A stretch of DNA of 64,000 nt from Octopus sinensis (GCF_006345805.1 NC_043017.1:2232001-2296000), one strand, 5' to 3'. Counted from the first letter of the stretch, positions 1 through 14,055 are shown. Made by a program: numbers and translations. The notes: a model not told the origin generated them from the letters alone.

Positions 1-33
1 TACACAAACACATATATATATATATTATATATA

Positions 34-115
<82 letters not shown>

Positions 116-149
116 ATATACATATGCATGTATACGTTATATCCTTTTA

Positions 150-332
150 TTTTTATACTTTTTATACTTCTTTCAGTATTTCAGATCCCAAGACTTATTT
201 TTTGTAAGCCTATCGGTCAATTCACCAGAACCGCTTGGTAACGGGGACGTAAACACACCAACATCGGTTTTCAACCGCTGGTGAGGGAACAAATACAAAC
301 ACGCAAATACACACATACACACACACACACAT

Positions 333-364
<32 letters not shown>

Positions 365-568
365 TAATATATATATATATGTATATATACACACATATAC
401 ATACGACATGCTTCTTTTAGTTTCTGCCTACCAAATCCACTGACAAGGCCTTGGTCGGCCCGGGGCTATAGTAAAACTCACTCAACCGCGGTGCCACGCA
501 TTGGGACTGAACGTGGCACCATGTGATTGGGAAGCAAGTTTCTTACCACTCAGAAACGCCTGCCCCTA
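150..568 (-). mobile_element. tRNA-derived CORE-type SINE, family A (probably an octopus OR1/OR2-type family)
   Basis: Reverse strand shows a tRNA-like head, a CORE-like segment (ggcaccgcggttgagtg... here degenerate for ggcaccttgggcaagtgtcttc), central (TA)/(CA) microsatellite and 3' body; aligns by eye with about 10 other copies in the window. Confidence 0.8.
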
Positions 569-660
569 CATATATGTCTAATATTTATTCTTTTATTTGT
601 TTCAATTTTCTTTAGCCATATATTATACAGATATATACTTACATATATATAATGCATATC

Positions 661-665
661 CATAG

Positions 666-746
<81 letters not shown>

Positions 747-883
747 ATAGATACATAGATAGATAGATAGATATACACACTCATATATGTATACATAGAT
801 ATACATATATACATATATATACATATATACAGATATGCATATATACACCCCTGTATGTATATATATAAACATATACATATATG

Positions 884-920
<37 letters not shown>

Positions 921-960
921 TATATATATATATATATAATATATATACGCGTGCTTAGAG
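661..960. repeat. (TAGA)n followed by (TA)n compound microsatellite
   Basis: Direct tandem repeats; source of the YLSI/IY ORFs. Confidence 0.95.
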
Positions 961-1719
961 TTATACATACACAAAATATAGACTTCCTTAGCAACGTATT
1001 TCAAATCAGAGACCAATCAGCGGAATGATCTATTATCGCCCATATTAACGAACCATCCTGCCTTCACAATAATGATGTACGTAGATGTAGTTTATTGCCT
1101 TTATAATGTATTTACTTATAAAACAAAACAAAACCACCATAAATTTAATAGTGTACCACATATAATCTCACATGAAAGTAAGGTGTATCATAAACCATTA
1201 AAAAAAAAATCAAAATATGAAATATAAATATAGAAATAAAGAAGTTTAATTGACAAATAACGATGTTTAATTGGTAGTGTGTAATGGAAAATGCATTATT
1301 TCTGAGCTAAATTGAACGCGAAATGGGTAAATCATAAGAGAAACAAAAGCGAGAAAATTCGTTCAATTCACACCTAATAGATTTAATGTATTATATTTTT
1401 ATGCCATGTAAATGTGATATATTCATCAATAACGTATATAACAATTAAATGTTATTTGATGGGGTCATGTGATATATAGCTATAGCTATGTATGTATATT
1501 TGTATGCGCACAGACAAATATATGTGCATGCATAAATATATACGTATGTACGTATGAATGAATGTACGTATGTATGTATGTATGTATGTATGTATGTATG
1601 TATGTATGTATGTATGTATGTATGTATGTATGTATGTATGTATGTATGTATGTATGTATGTATATATATATGTGTGTGTGTATGTGTGTATGCATGTGTT
1701 CATACATACATATACACTC

Positions 1720-1880
1720 ACAGCTTGGTTGTGTGTTAAGAAGCTTGTTTTCTAAGCATACGCTTCTGGGTTCAGTACCACAGTGTGACGCATTTCACTG
1801 TGTTCTGATATGACCTCTGACCGGCCAGAGCCTTGTGAGTAAGTTAGAGGAAAGGAAACCGAAAGAAGCCCCTTGCATAT
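1720..1880 (+). mobile_element. Degenerate 5' half of SINE family A
   Basis: gtgtgttaagaagcttg...gggttcagtaccac...gagccttgtgagt...gaaaccgaaagaagccc matches the family A head. Confidence 0.6.
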
Positions 1881-1980
1881 ATATATGTGTGTATTGTGTA
1901 TGTATATGTATGTATATATGTGTGTATATATATATATGTGTGTGTATTATGTATGTATATATATATGTATGTATATGTAT

Positions 1981-2021
<41 letters not shown>

Positions 2022-2031
2022 TGTATATATA

Positions 2032-2345
2032 CGAGGTCGGATCAATAAATATCCGCAGTGTTGCCATAGTAACAAAAATTGAGTACGCAGAGTGAAGCCG
2101 GTTGGAAAAGATTGACCTTGTAATCTTAGGTGCATGCGTATTAAGTGTTTAACGCTCTAGCTCACTTCCGCTGTTTGAAGCTCAGCTTGGAAGGAAGGTG
2201 TGTAGCGTGAGATCGTCGCATTGACTATGACAGAGAAAGTTGCCATCATGGCGATACCTGCTCAGAGGCCTACGTAATGTTGCAGAAAGTGTATGGTGAG
2301 GACGTATGAACCGCACACAAGTGTATCGGTGGTTCAGGCGTTTTC
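2032..2345 (+). mobile_element. Mariner 5' fragment (TIR plus N-terminal HTH), pseudogenised
   Basis: TA followed by cgaggtcggatcaataaatatccg (mariner-type TIR); frameshifted translation GDTCSEAYVMLQKVYGED/MNRTQVYRWFRRF matches the mariner HTH (TYEMLQKVYGEDCMSRTQVFEWFKRF type). Confidence 0.8.
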
Positions 2346-2350
2346 CAACA

Positions 2351-2812
2351 TGGTATAAAAGAGGGGCTACAGTAAATATTCTGCTCATATACCACAGATT
2401 TGCTTGTCAGTTGTTTGACCATAACCAGTTGAGCCTGTCCCTTAGTGGCTGACAATGTGTGCATCTTTGAACACGAGCAGGAGTAGTAGGGGATCATCAT
2501 AGCCATGTGTTGAAAGGAATTCTTAGAGGTTTGGATAATTCACCTTTGGAGACATGGGTGTTTCGTACAACATCCTTAAACAATCCTTATTCAAGGACCT
2601 TTCGAGCCGGATGGATTACTCGACAAGAAGAAAATTCTAACTGGGCCCCAATTGCAAGGTCAAGCGCTGTTTATCTTGATATGAGACCCCCATGTCGCGC
2701 ACATATGGCTGTGATTCATGTGCCTTATCAGACGGGTAGTCACGATGGGTATACTGGGCTTCGTATATTTTACCCCAGTGTCACTTTGATGGCATGCACT
2801 GCTCTCTCACTC
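2351..2812 (+). mobile_element. 5'-truncated copy of a 555-bp non-coding element followed by (AAT)n
   Basis: Colinear reverse complement of 41560-42114; ends ...gctctctcactc then (AAT)n at 2813-2866. Confidence 0.8.
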
Positions 2813-2867
<55 letters not shown>

Positions 2868-4389
2868 GAAAATATTAAATAGCTGGAAAGAGGTGATAGC
2901 ATGGTACTGTAGGTTGCTAGGAGCTAGCCCACTACGCATGCATGACTGCAGGAGTTCCAACAAAAAGCCTGTGATAAAAGGAAATGATCAATAATTATAG
3001 CATTTCCCCCGTACGTTGGCAGGCATTTCACTTCCATTTCCATCTTTTCTCAGTAAGCACCAAAACACATGTCAGGAATCGCCTTTGCACTGTAACTAAA
3101 CAGTAACACCAATGTTTGCTTCGAGTCAAATGACGAATGACCTCAGCAGAAGTGTGAGATCTGCTACCAAAAAGCAGTCAAAATAGTTTATTTCTCATCG
3201 TCTCCTTCTTCCTCTCGCACAAATTTCTTTTGACTATTTCTTTCTCATTCGCTTTTATATCCAACTGTCTTTACCTTTACAGTTTTCCTCCTGCCTTTCT
3301 CTTTGTCTTTTCCCCCCGTAGTCTTTCTCTCTCCTCTGTACAATCTCTCCCAAGCACCGTCTCTTACCTTTCACTCCTTTTCTCTCTCTTCCATCTTCAT
3401 ACCCAAACCCTCTACTCACTCATCCCCTTCGCTTTAACTGCCTCACAATACGTGTTTCAATAATTTAAGACGTGAGCGACGTCTAAGTCTCAAATAATGC
3501 TGTTTTATGAGCTGAAGTAAGTTTACCAATAATGTCTTGCCTTGCCTTGTCTTAAGAACAAAATAACCAAAAAAAAGCAGAACAAACATTAAATATACAT
3601 AAAAATCAAAAACAACAACAATGCTTAGAAAAGAAAAAAAATTCATTAAAAACCAAAAAAAAACGATAACTATAAAAATCGTAATAAAATATAATAATGG
3701 AGGGAAAATTATGTGTTAAGTTGTTTCAATAAATATAAACGCCACGTTTTATAATATACGAAGATAGAATTGTGTTCAACCCAAAGCATTATTTTATGTG
3801 GTTGCATGTACGACGGATGTTTTTTTTATATTTTGTTGTAAATAGCTGTCAGATATATGAATGTGCACGTGTTTGGGCAGATATAATTCATCTTATGATT
3901 AGACACAGCAAATTTAGTAGGTTTTCATTTACAATATATAAACATGTGTGATTTAGGTGAATCGTAATTAATAACAGCTTATAAGAATTTTACGTTTGGA
4001 GATCATAGTATTTCGTTGCACACATACATATACGTATATACACGCACAAACAACAAACTTATACATACATATATTTAATTTTATATTTATAACTATATGC
4101 ATATGTGTGTGTATTTGTGTTCATATAATTACATAAATATATGCACACACTTTAGGAATATTATTTGTCATTTTAGCTAGGTCTTACGGCTGATGGAAGA
4201 GGGAAGACTATACTGAATTAACCACTGTTAGATCGTAACACAAAGCGCATAGTTACAGATAAGAGGGACTAAATATTCATCTGAGAAGTCATGGACGGAT
4301 GGTCAAGAAAAGCCATTGGCAACGAGGAAGAACAACGATCAAAAGTGAAAAAGTCGCAGTTAACACACACAAAACACACACACACACAC

Positions 4390-4610
4390 ATATTTGTAGT
4401 TAATCCAAACATGAACAAAGAGAAAACACAACAACAGGAGGAGTAGAATAATTATAGTGTTATTGGACGCTAAGGAACGGACAGAAAGAAGGAGGATGAT
4501 TTAACGTTTCGAGCGGAGCTCTTCGTCAGAAATATAGTAAAAAAAAGACAGAGCCGAAAGAAGGGAAGACGGAGAAAGAAAATTACCAACGATACATACG
4601 CGGTCACATA
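4390..4610 (-). mobile_element. Penelope-like pLTR or retrozyme-like fragment carrying a hammerhead
   Basis: Short non-coding unit between (CA)n tracts that contains the hammerhead at 4499-4533. Confidence 0.6.
4499..4533 (-). ncRNA. Minimal type-I hammerhead ribozyme motif
   Basis: AUUU-CUGACGA-A-GAGC(UCC)GCUC-GAA-ACGU-U^AAAU: intact core, 4-bp helix I, 4-bp helix II, palindromic helix III. Confidence 0.8.
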
Positions 4611-4669
4611 GATATTCATCTAGTTTAAATCACAAAATCGCGAGCGCGAGTGTACGTGTGTGCATATGT

Positions 4670-4722
<53 letters not shown>

Positions 4723-5442
4723 GTTTAGAAGGGAAATAGGCGGTCTGTTTCTCCTGATCATTCACGCAAACATTCAACTTTCAAGTATTAAAGACTAACA
4801 TTTTATTGTTTAAGATATCGTCATCGTCAGATTCCAGTTTTTATTCTATTCTACACATACGCGTGAGCGCACATGCACGTATGTATGTATGTACGTACGC
4901 AGATATGTATGTACGTATGAATGCATGTAAGCATGTATGTTTGTATACGTAACTACATTTATATATATATATGTATGTATGTATGTATGAATGTATGTAT
5001 GTGTGTAAGCGTAACTCCATTTATATATATGAGTTGCTCAAGTGATCTCCAAAGCCAAAATTTTACTATTTCAAGCCATAAATATGACAAAGATAATCTG
5101 AGATCTTTCTAGTGAGATCTTAGTTTATCTTACATCAATCGAGCTGCATCCAAACATTGTTATCTGCCGTTTCTCCCGCTACATACATGAATCAAATATA
5201 CTTATGTTTAGATACAGAGATCCATAAAATATACGTATTTAATTCATACCCTGCAGATGATCGAGATATCCTTGACGATAATAAACTGCCAGAGATTCTT
5301 AAAATTGGATGGGTAAAGTTTTTCCAATAGATCAAAACTATTTACCTTTGCAGTACTGAAACATTCTTCTGTAACTTTGCAACAGGAGAAGGAAGCTGGC
5401 GAAATGAACGTTAAACTTCTAACAAGAAAGATATACCATACA

Positions 5443-5830
5443 TACTCTTTTACTTGTTTCATTCATTTGACTGCGGCCATGCTGGGGCACCGCCTTTAGT
5501 CGAGCAAATCAACCCCAGGACTTATTCTTTGTAAGCCTATTACTTATTCTATCGGTCTCTTTTGCCGAACCACTACGTTACGGGGACGTAAACACACCAG
5601 CATCGGTTGTCAAGCGATGTTGGGGGGACAAACACAGGCAAACAAACACATACACACATATATATATATACATATATACGACAGGCTTTCAGTTTCCGTC
5701 TACCATATCCACTCACAAGGCTTTGGTCGACCTGAGGCTATAGTAGAAGACAGTTGCCCAAGGTGCCACGCAGTGGGACTCAACACAGAACCATGTGGTT
5801 AGTAAGCAAGCTACTTACCACACAGCCACT
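5443..5830 (-). mobile_element. SINE family A, near full length
   Basis: Head agtggctgtgtggtaagtagc, B-box region gttgagtccc, CORE-like ggcaccttgggcaac, tail gaaacaagtaaaagagta. Confidence 0.9.
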
Positions 5831-6189
5831 GTAACATTCTTCTATAACTTTGCAATAGGAGAAAGAACTGTCGAAATGATTGTTAAAGATATATGACACA
5901 TGCGTAAAAAATTCAAAATTGTCATTGATGATCACAAGGTTTGTTCGCTTGAGTGAAGAGGACATTTTTGAGATTTGTAAATATGTGAATGAGATTTCAC
6001 GGGCTGTATAAATACATGCACAGGTAGACGAAATTGCCATCACGTACGAGGGCGTGTTTCATTATTTTCTGTACGTGTATATGAGTTCACATGTATGCCA
6101 TATACTGTACGCACGTTAGTATGCACATTGTTCATTCTAGGAACCTTAAATGGGGTATCCTCTATATGGTTTACATAAAACTGTATTTG

Positions 6190-7159
6190 GAAGAGTTGTG
6201 CCAACTTGCTTTGTTCTTATTCGAGAGTCCATAATTTCATTGAATAACTGGACTAACAGAAATTTGGCTCCCTATCATCACCAGGGGATTTCCACTTATG
6301 AGCCTTCGTGGGTGTCATTCTTAGGTCTGCTATTGTGATGTCCTCCATGCTTAATCTGGTAAGTTTTGGTAGGATCCTTCGGTGCGTCTAATCCGGTCTG
6401 CATTATCATTGTAATTCTCTTCATCGCTTCCATGGCAGTGGGATCTTCAACGATTATTTTCTCCATCCCTATTTCTTTGTAGATTATTTTCACATTGGAT
6501 GTGAACAGCTTATTTTGCTTATAAAATTTGTTTCTTTTCCCAAATCTTCGTATTCTTTGATTTCGATTGGATTTTTTGTTGCAGTGTGTCTCTTGCTGAA
6601 AGCAGTTCTTCTCTTGGTAAGAATCTATGTTTTCGCCTCGTCTTTCTCCCTTTTCTGGATTTTGCATCGTTTCCACAGATTTTTTCATTCAACAATGATA
6701 TTTCACCTCTCATTATTTCAATCTCTTTTTCAATTTTACTTTTCCAGTTTTGAATTCTTCTCAGATTTGTATTTCTTTGTTGTTTTAGGCCCATACAACT
6801 CGTTTCAATTGTCTTAGAAGTTGCGTAAATAGTTTCATTTAATTCAGTGAGGTCTCGCTTTAGTTCTTGTAAATTTCTTTTGTTACATAGTTTCCAATTT
6901 TAATTTGTTTTCTATTTTGTATTGTATTTAAGAGTTTATGAAGTGATTCTCTATCATGCATACTGGCGTATCTTACAACTGCAAGCTTATTCAGGAATCT
7001 CTGTTTCAGTTCTATCAAATTTTCTAAGATCTTCAGTAAATAGTCTCCAAATAGTGTTTCTTTGCCATTTCCATTTTCCTCCTTATCTTTTTCAGGTTCA
7101 TTACAATTAATTTCTTCAGAATTTGCGTCTTCTGGTCAGATGGCAGTCTTTCAATTGAA

Positions 7160-7160
<1 letters not shown>
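6190..7160 (-). mobile_element. R4/Dong-clade non-LTR retrotransposon fragment (pre-RT region to RT subdomain 0)
   Basis: Frameshifted translation DLTELNETIYATSK...NWKSKIEKEIEIMRGEISLL...QRIRRFGKRNKFYKQNKLF...KAHKWKSPGDDR resembles R4/Dong ORFs; its 5' end abuts an (ATT)n tract starting at about 7159. Confidence 0.75.
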
Positions 7161-7223
<63 letters not shown>

Positions 7224-7320
7224 AATTATTATTATTATTATTATATTATTATTATTATGTTATTATTATTGTTGTTCTTGTTGTTCTTGATGTTATTATT
7301 ATTATAAATATTAATATTAT
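7159..7320. repeat. (ATT)n microsatellite
   Basis: Direct tandem repeat. Confidence 0.95.
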
Positions 7321-8046
7321 TACAATATCTCTGGTCAGTTTCGTCCAATAAAACTCCTGCCAAACAAACAAAAATTTTTCCTCTCCCATCAAACAAGAAG
7401 ATATTAAAGAGAATCTATATATTATATCTAAACAACCGATCAAATAGGAGGGTTCACTGACTTACTGTCTATAATAGCATCGCTTCTTTACAGGACTAAT
7501 TCTCAATAGCAACAGTCAAGTCTATAAAAATGATTCAGTCCGTAATACGCTAATACGTACAGGATCTAGATCTACACGCCTATGTGGAGATATGATCTAC
7601 CAACGCAGAGGAATAAGCAACGTTCTCCTTACCCACTCTATCCATCACATGAACACTCTCTGCCTCTCTTCTAAGCTTTCTCTTACAACTGTATATCAAC
7701 CAGTTATATATATGTACATATATGTGTGTGGGTGCGTTGTGCGTGTGTGTCTCTGTGTTTATATGTTTGTGTGTGTATATATCTACATATATATATATGT
7801 ATATGTATATCTATCTATAGCGATATACATATATACATATGCACTTCTATCTATAGAGATATACATATATACATATGCATATGTATATATACACACATAT
7901 ATATACAACATATATACACACTTATACACAGAAGTATATATATATATATATATATATAAACATATATTCACATACGTAGATACATATATACATACCTATA
8001 CATATATATGATATATATATATATATATACATAAATACATACATAC

Positions 8047-8102
<56 letters not shown>

Positions 8103-8379
8103 TGAGAAAAGTATATGCGATATTTATGATATTTAGATTTCTAGGTGTATAATGTGGACCAGTAATTGTGTGGTGTGTGCTGGGGGGGGGGTACGCGCAG
8201 GGGATGAGGGCGCTACCATTATTCAAACAAAGAGACATAGGCACGGAATTTAACTCAAGTGTATTTATATTCGTAGAAAACCTAAGTCTATGGAATGTAT
8301 TGGAATGTAGATTCCAGACATAACCATGCACATTGATATACATATGCGCGTATGAGATGAATGTGTGCGTAAATGAATG

Positions 8380-8413
<34 letters not shown>

Positions 8414-8539
8414 GATATATACATGCATGCACACACACACACACGCACATATATATATATACACATATGTACGTGTATATATAGATATATATATATGTAT
8501 ACATACATATAAGTATATATATATATATGTATATATATG

Positions 8540-8625
<86 letters not shown>

Positions 8626-8844
8626 GATAGATACATAGATAGATACATACAAACATACACATACATAAATATGAGAGCGATTGCACTATTAAAATACCAT
8701 ACAAACACTCACACATATATAAAGGTGTATATATATGCATATACGCACATAAGTACATATATTTATGTATACATATATAATGCATACATACATACACACA
8801 TCATACATATATATATGTGCATGTATAGATATATACATATAAGC

Positions 8845-8878
<34 letters not shown>

Positions 8879-9610
8879 CATACATGCATATATATATATA
8901 TTGATGTATAAATGTATACGAATTTGTCTGGAAATCTTCATTCCAATACATTCTTCATATATATACGTACATACATTTGAGAGTGTACGCATAAAATTGA
9001 GTGTGAGTCTGTGTGTCTGTGTGTGTGTGTGTCTGTGTGTGTGTGGTGTGTGTGTGTGTGTGTGTGTACATAATCATAAAGAAATCCAGATAGATGTATA
9101 GAAAAAGACAGAGGTTTAAAAAGCACTGATCTCTTTACTGAAAAACACGTAACGGTCTTAATCCCAACGAGTCACGACATGATGATGTATGAGAGGCAGG
9201 GCCTATCATAGGATCAGAAAAACGTATTAAGGTATTAGAGGTCTTAGTCATGTACGGCTGGGTTTCTTCCATAAGATATAGCTTTTTAGATGGAGATAAC
9301 CGTCAAAAACGCCTCGTATAAAAATTGATCGGGTCAAGAAATGACCATTGCGCTAAGATCTAAACCCTCGGACGCGTTACGTTAAGTATAAGTTTCTTTG
9401 TAAATATATATGCGCACGCGCGCACACACACCACACAGCCACAAGAAAAATACATACGCATACATGCTCATATGCACACACGAAACACACACACACACAC
9501 ACACAAACACAACAAATTCATCAAACTTCAAGCTCTACTGTGTCTGCAGTTCCGTACATGGCAATTATAAAAACCATATATATATATATATATATACATG
9601 TATATGTGTG

Positions 9611-9649
<39 letters not shown>

Positions 9650-9679
9650 ATGTGGGTATTTATTTATATATATATATAT

Positions 9680-9805
9680 TACTAGAACTTCGGTTCTCGA
9701 ACAACTCTGGTTACGAATAAATCGTACTTTATCTCCTGTCATTCTCATATTCATTTAATACACTAGTACCTCGGTTTACGAACGCCTCTGATCACGAATG
9801 GATCG
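9680..9805 (+). mobile_element. Two tandem Tigger/pogo-like terminal sequences
   Basis: ta-cactagtacctcggtttacgaacg (9759-9784) and a related copy tactagaacttcggttctcgaac (9680-9702) resemble Tigger-type TIRs; no partner TIR was found. Confidence 0.4.
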
Positions 9806-9870
9806 TGCTTTATATCTATCTATCTATCTCTGCATCTTTCTCTCTCTCTCTTTCTTCTCCCTCTCTCTCT

Positions 9871-9910
<40 letters not shown>

Positions 9911-10032
9911 TATATATATATAATATATATATTTATATATATATTTATATATATAAATGATATATACATATATTACATATATGTATGTGTCTCACTTTAT
10001 TCTTTATCTCTATCTATCTATCTCACTCCCCT

Positions 10033-10065
<33 letters not shown>

Positions 10066-10959
10066 GGGGGGGGCGAGCATGTGTGTGGCTATGCGTGTGT
10101 GTGTGTGTGAAGAATGTTGAAAAGTAATACACGAGTTGATATCTATAAGGAAAATAAGACAAGGCAGAAAATGCTAAAATAATTTTCATCCTGTTCCTCT
10201 TCCTGTTGGTTTTGTTTGCGCTTGTCATGTCGGCCGAAGTTGTTTCTTTTTTTTTTTGTCAATGTCTTCTTTATATTTCCTCTCTACATCCCTATCTTGG
10301 TACCCATTTTATATCTACCTTGAGCATTTCTTCTTCTGGCACCGTCCGTCAAAGCCCGGACGCGACAAGAAGAGGTTGGTTGACGGGCTAGCAACCTTTT
10401 AGCAGAACCACAGAAAGAAACGAATCATGTGAGGGAAAGTATAATCACAACAGAGATGAGTAAAAATCTTGTTAACGACAACCAGCATGAATAGGAAAAC
10501 TCTCTCCAAGTTACGACTGGTGCAAAGTCTAGCGGTTGCCCGGCCCTTGATGAAGACTTCGAGGCTGTGCACAAAACAAAATGTCTTGAGTTGCCTCCTG
10601 GAACCTTCGAAAACCGTATATTGTGTAACAATGGCCAACGGCTTCGCCAACTGAACCGCTATCGATCGAGTATTCCGGGTGCATGTGAGATGCACTGGAC
10701 TAAATGCGGGGTGACTCTAGCGAAAATAAAATTTTTCATTCTAGCCACAAGATCCAACATGAAATATTGGGGATTTTTCTCAGAATTTATCTTCCGAAAT
10801 GTGCGACAAATTAATGCAATCAAACATCCAGTGTAAGTATGTTTCTTTTTAGGTTGAAAAAAAAATACGTAGAAGTAGTTAAAAGCAATTGGTCTCTAAA
10901 TAAAACAAAGGAACAAGAAAAATACAGAGAGATATTTAATAGGAGATACCTGTTGAGAA

Positions 10960-11102
10960 GGAAGAAGACGGAGGAGGAGGAGGAGGAGGAGGAGAAGGAG
11001 AAGAAGAAGAAGAAGAAGAAGAAGAAGAAGAAGAAGACGAAGAAGAAGAGGAATATGAAGAAGAAGAAGAAGAAGAAGAAGAAGAAGAAGAAGAAGAAGA
11101 AG
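10960..11102. repeat. (GAG)n(GAA)n microsatellite
   Basis: Direct repeat; explains the poly-E/K ORF 10839-11165. Confidence 0.95.
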
Positions 11103-11996
11103 ATCAGCAACAATAACTATGATAGATTAATTAGTTATAATCATCTCCTGAAACAAAGGCAATAACAACCACTTAAAAGCCTAATTGCGAATAACTGGAT
11201 GAGTTTGAAGATCGACACTGAATTTTGAATGCATTTCACTCCCCACATATTTACATAGGTTCTTTCTCTCTCACACACACACACATGCAGATATATACAC
11301 ACACAACTTCCATCTCACACCTCTCTCTGTCTCTCTCTCTCTCGCCATATAAATATATATATATATATCTATAATATATATATATATATATATATATTAT
11401 GTGTGTGTGTAAATATGTAAATGTATGTGTGTTATATCCATCTGTATATAGATATATAGATATGGATATATGTATGTGTACACAAAATGGAAGAGAAGAA
11501 TAAAAAATCACTGTATATTATGTTAAAGCAAAGATAAATTTTTACTTCCCTCCAAAAATGTAGAAACGAAATACATCGATAATAATTTTGACTTAATTAT
11601 TTTTCCTCCCGTTTAGTTCCTGCTTCATTGCGGGAAAATTAAATAATTCCGATATTGAAGTGAAAAACATCGAAGAAAGAAAAACGAAAGAAAAGAGAGA
11701 GAGAGAGAGAGAGAGAGAAAAGAAAAGAAAAGAATGACAAAAAAGAAAGAAGTGAATGAAACAAAATAAAGATAAAGAAGGTAAAAAAAAAAATTGTAGA
11801 AAAAATATATTGTCGCCTTTTCTAGTTAGAAATGACGTGTAATCGAATTTTGTTTCTGTATTGAGAAGAAAGATAATTTAATATATTTATTAACAAAGCT
11901 AACAACTCTCTTACTCCAGTGCTATGGAATTCTTCGTTTTCCTCAGCGTAGCAACATCATTGATTTTGTTTCACAACAAATAGCAGAGTTAAGAAA

Positions 11997-12074
11997 ATTA
12001 AATAATATAATAATAATAACAATAATAACAATAATGATAATAAATAATATAATAATATAATAATAATAATAATA

Positions 12075-12108
<34 letters not shown>

Positions 12109-12169
12109 TAACAACAACACAAACAATAATAATAATAATAATAATAATATAATAATAATAATAATAATA

Positions 12170-12211
<42 letters not shown>

Positions 12212-12392
12212 TAATAATATAATATAATAATAATAATATAATAATAATAATAATAATAATAATATAATAATAATATATAATACTAATAATAATAATAATA
12301 ATAATAATATAATATAATAATATAATGATAATAATAATAATAATGATAATAATAATGATAATGATAATAATAATAATGATGATAATGATAAT
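11997..12392. repeat. Long imperfect (AAT)n microsatellite
   Basis: Direct repeat. Confidence 0.95.
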
Positions 12393-12524
12393 AAATCAAA
12401 GCAATAAGAAGTTTATGTGGTGTGAGGGCTTTTTTTTTCTTTGGTTAACACAAAAGAAGCAAAACTGAAAATGCTAGAGTGTTGACGAAAATCCAAAGAA
12501 ATAGATGGAGCATACATTCTTGTT

Positions 12525-12573
<49 letters not shown>

Positions 12574-12584
12574 CATCATCATCA

Positions 12585-12619
<35 letters not shown>

Positions 12620-12620
12620 A

Positions 12621-12727
12621 AGGCGGTGAGCTGGCAGAATCGTTAGCAAGCTGGACGAAATGCTTAGCGGTTTTTCGCCCATCGCTACGTTCTGAGTTCA
12701 AATTCTGTCGAGGTTGACTTTGCCTTT
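12621..12727 (+). mobile_element. SINE family B (tRNA-derived, central gcctttcatcctttcggggtcgat domain), 5' part
   Basis: A-box tggcagaatcg and B-box gttcaaattc; truncated by (GT)n. Confidence 0.85.
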
Positions 12728-13247
12728 GTGTGTGTGTGTGTGAGTGTGTAATGTATATTTTGTAATGGAAAATTCAACAAAAGAACTACTCCATCTGGTG
12801 AGAGGTGAATAAGTATTATTTATTTAAAGGGCACGACAAATACATGTGTTAAAGCGCTACTACTAATTGCATACGGTGAGAAAATTCAAACATATTCTTC
12901 AGGTGCAAACGAACTAAGAAAAAAAAATGAATAACAGAAATATGCTGCCTCCTCAGCTTTTTGGCGTTTCTTCAAATCCGGTACAAATTCTTCATAGTTC
13001 GAAACGTTAATAACTTTTTACTCAACCTGATATATATATGAAACATAATGTGTGTGGTATAAAAATCAGGCGACCTATAAATATTAGGCTGACCACGTGG
13101 TCCAATCAACAATAACTATTAGCACCTCTTATTTTAATACAGTGAACGTTAAAAGGTATTTAACTCTCACTACATGGAGAACATTTTTGTTGATCTTATC
13201 TTAACGGAAAATTACACTATATATACATATATATATAAATATATATG

Positions 13248-13296
<49 letters not shown>

Positions 13297-13804
13297 ATGT
13301 GTGTGTGTGTGTGTGTGTATATATATTAGCTGGGAGTAATGCAGGGATTAACACGTGTCTTCAGTTGGGTCAAGCAGTAGTTTTACGCAAGAAAGTCGCC
13401 GGCGATCACAAAACCGTTTCTGATTTCTAAACTATGCGAAAACCCGTATATGAGTGTAGTTTATAAGAAATGCATTCTTAGACAAGTGAAGGCTTTCAAC
13501 GCTTTTAGGTTTGTTTTATATATGTATTGCAATGGCTTTTACTCAAGTTCTTGTGTTATGTTTTTAGCCGTAATGGATACAATCTCGTCGTGTCTGTTCC
13601 CCACCCACCAATGTATTTCGCTTTCGATTAACTAATTTATCTTTATAATGGCGGGGTTTTTCATCAAAGAGACTTAGAGTGTATTGGCGGTGCTAAATGT
13701 GATATTGTTTAAATTTGGTGGTATGTACATATTGCTGCTGGTATTATTGAAGTTCGTTTCCTTAGCTTACTTCCATCACCTACTTCTTAATATAGATATC
13801 TTGT

Positions 13805-14003
13805 AAGGCGGCGACATGACAGAATCGTTAGCTTAGCGGCATTTCGTCCGCCTTTACCTTCTGAGTTCAAATGCCGTTGAGAGCAATTTTATATTTCATC
13901 ATTTCACAGTCGATAATAAAGTTACCAGTTGAGCACTAAGGTCGATGTAATCGACCTACCCCTTTTCCAGGAACTGCTGGTCTTGTGTCAAATTTTGAAA
14001 CCA
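13805..14003 (+). mobile_element. SINE family B, tail variant 3 (..aaattttgaaacca)
   Basis: Head and central domain are recognisable, with an internal deletion. Confidence 0.75.
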
Positions 14004-14055
14004 GTATAGATAATTTGCAGCCGTTGCAGTACGTTGTCTTACATGCAACATTCTA

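Noticed and set aside
12850-13030. Protein-like minus-strand frame (VINVSNYEEFVPDLKKRQKAEEAAYF...FAPEEYVEFSH) and possible 38-nt microexon
   Set aside because: In-frame stop upstream, weak donor and no recognisable homology; cannot be supported without RNA data.
13330-13420. FVIAGDFLA resembling the APE endonuclease IAGDFNA motif
   Set aside because: A single short motif followed by a stop, with no other APE motifs recognised.
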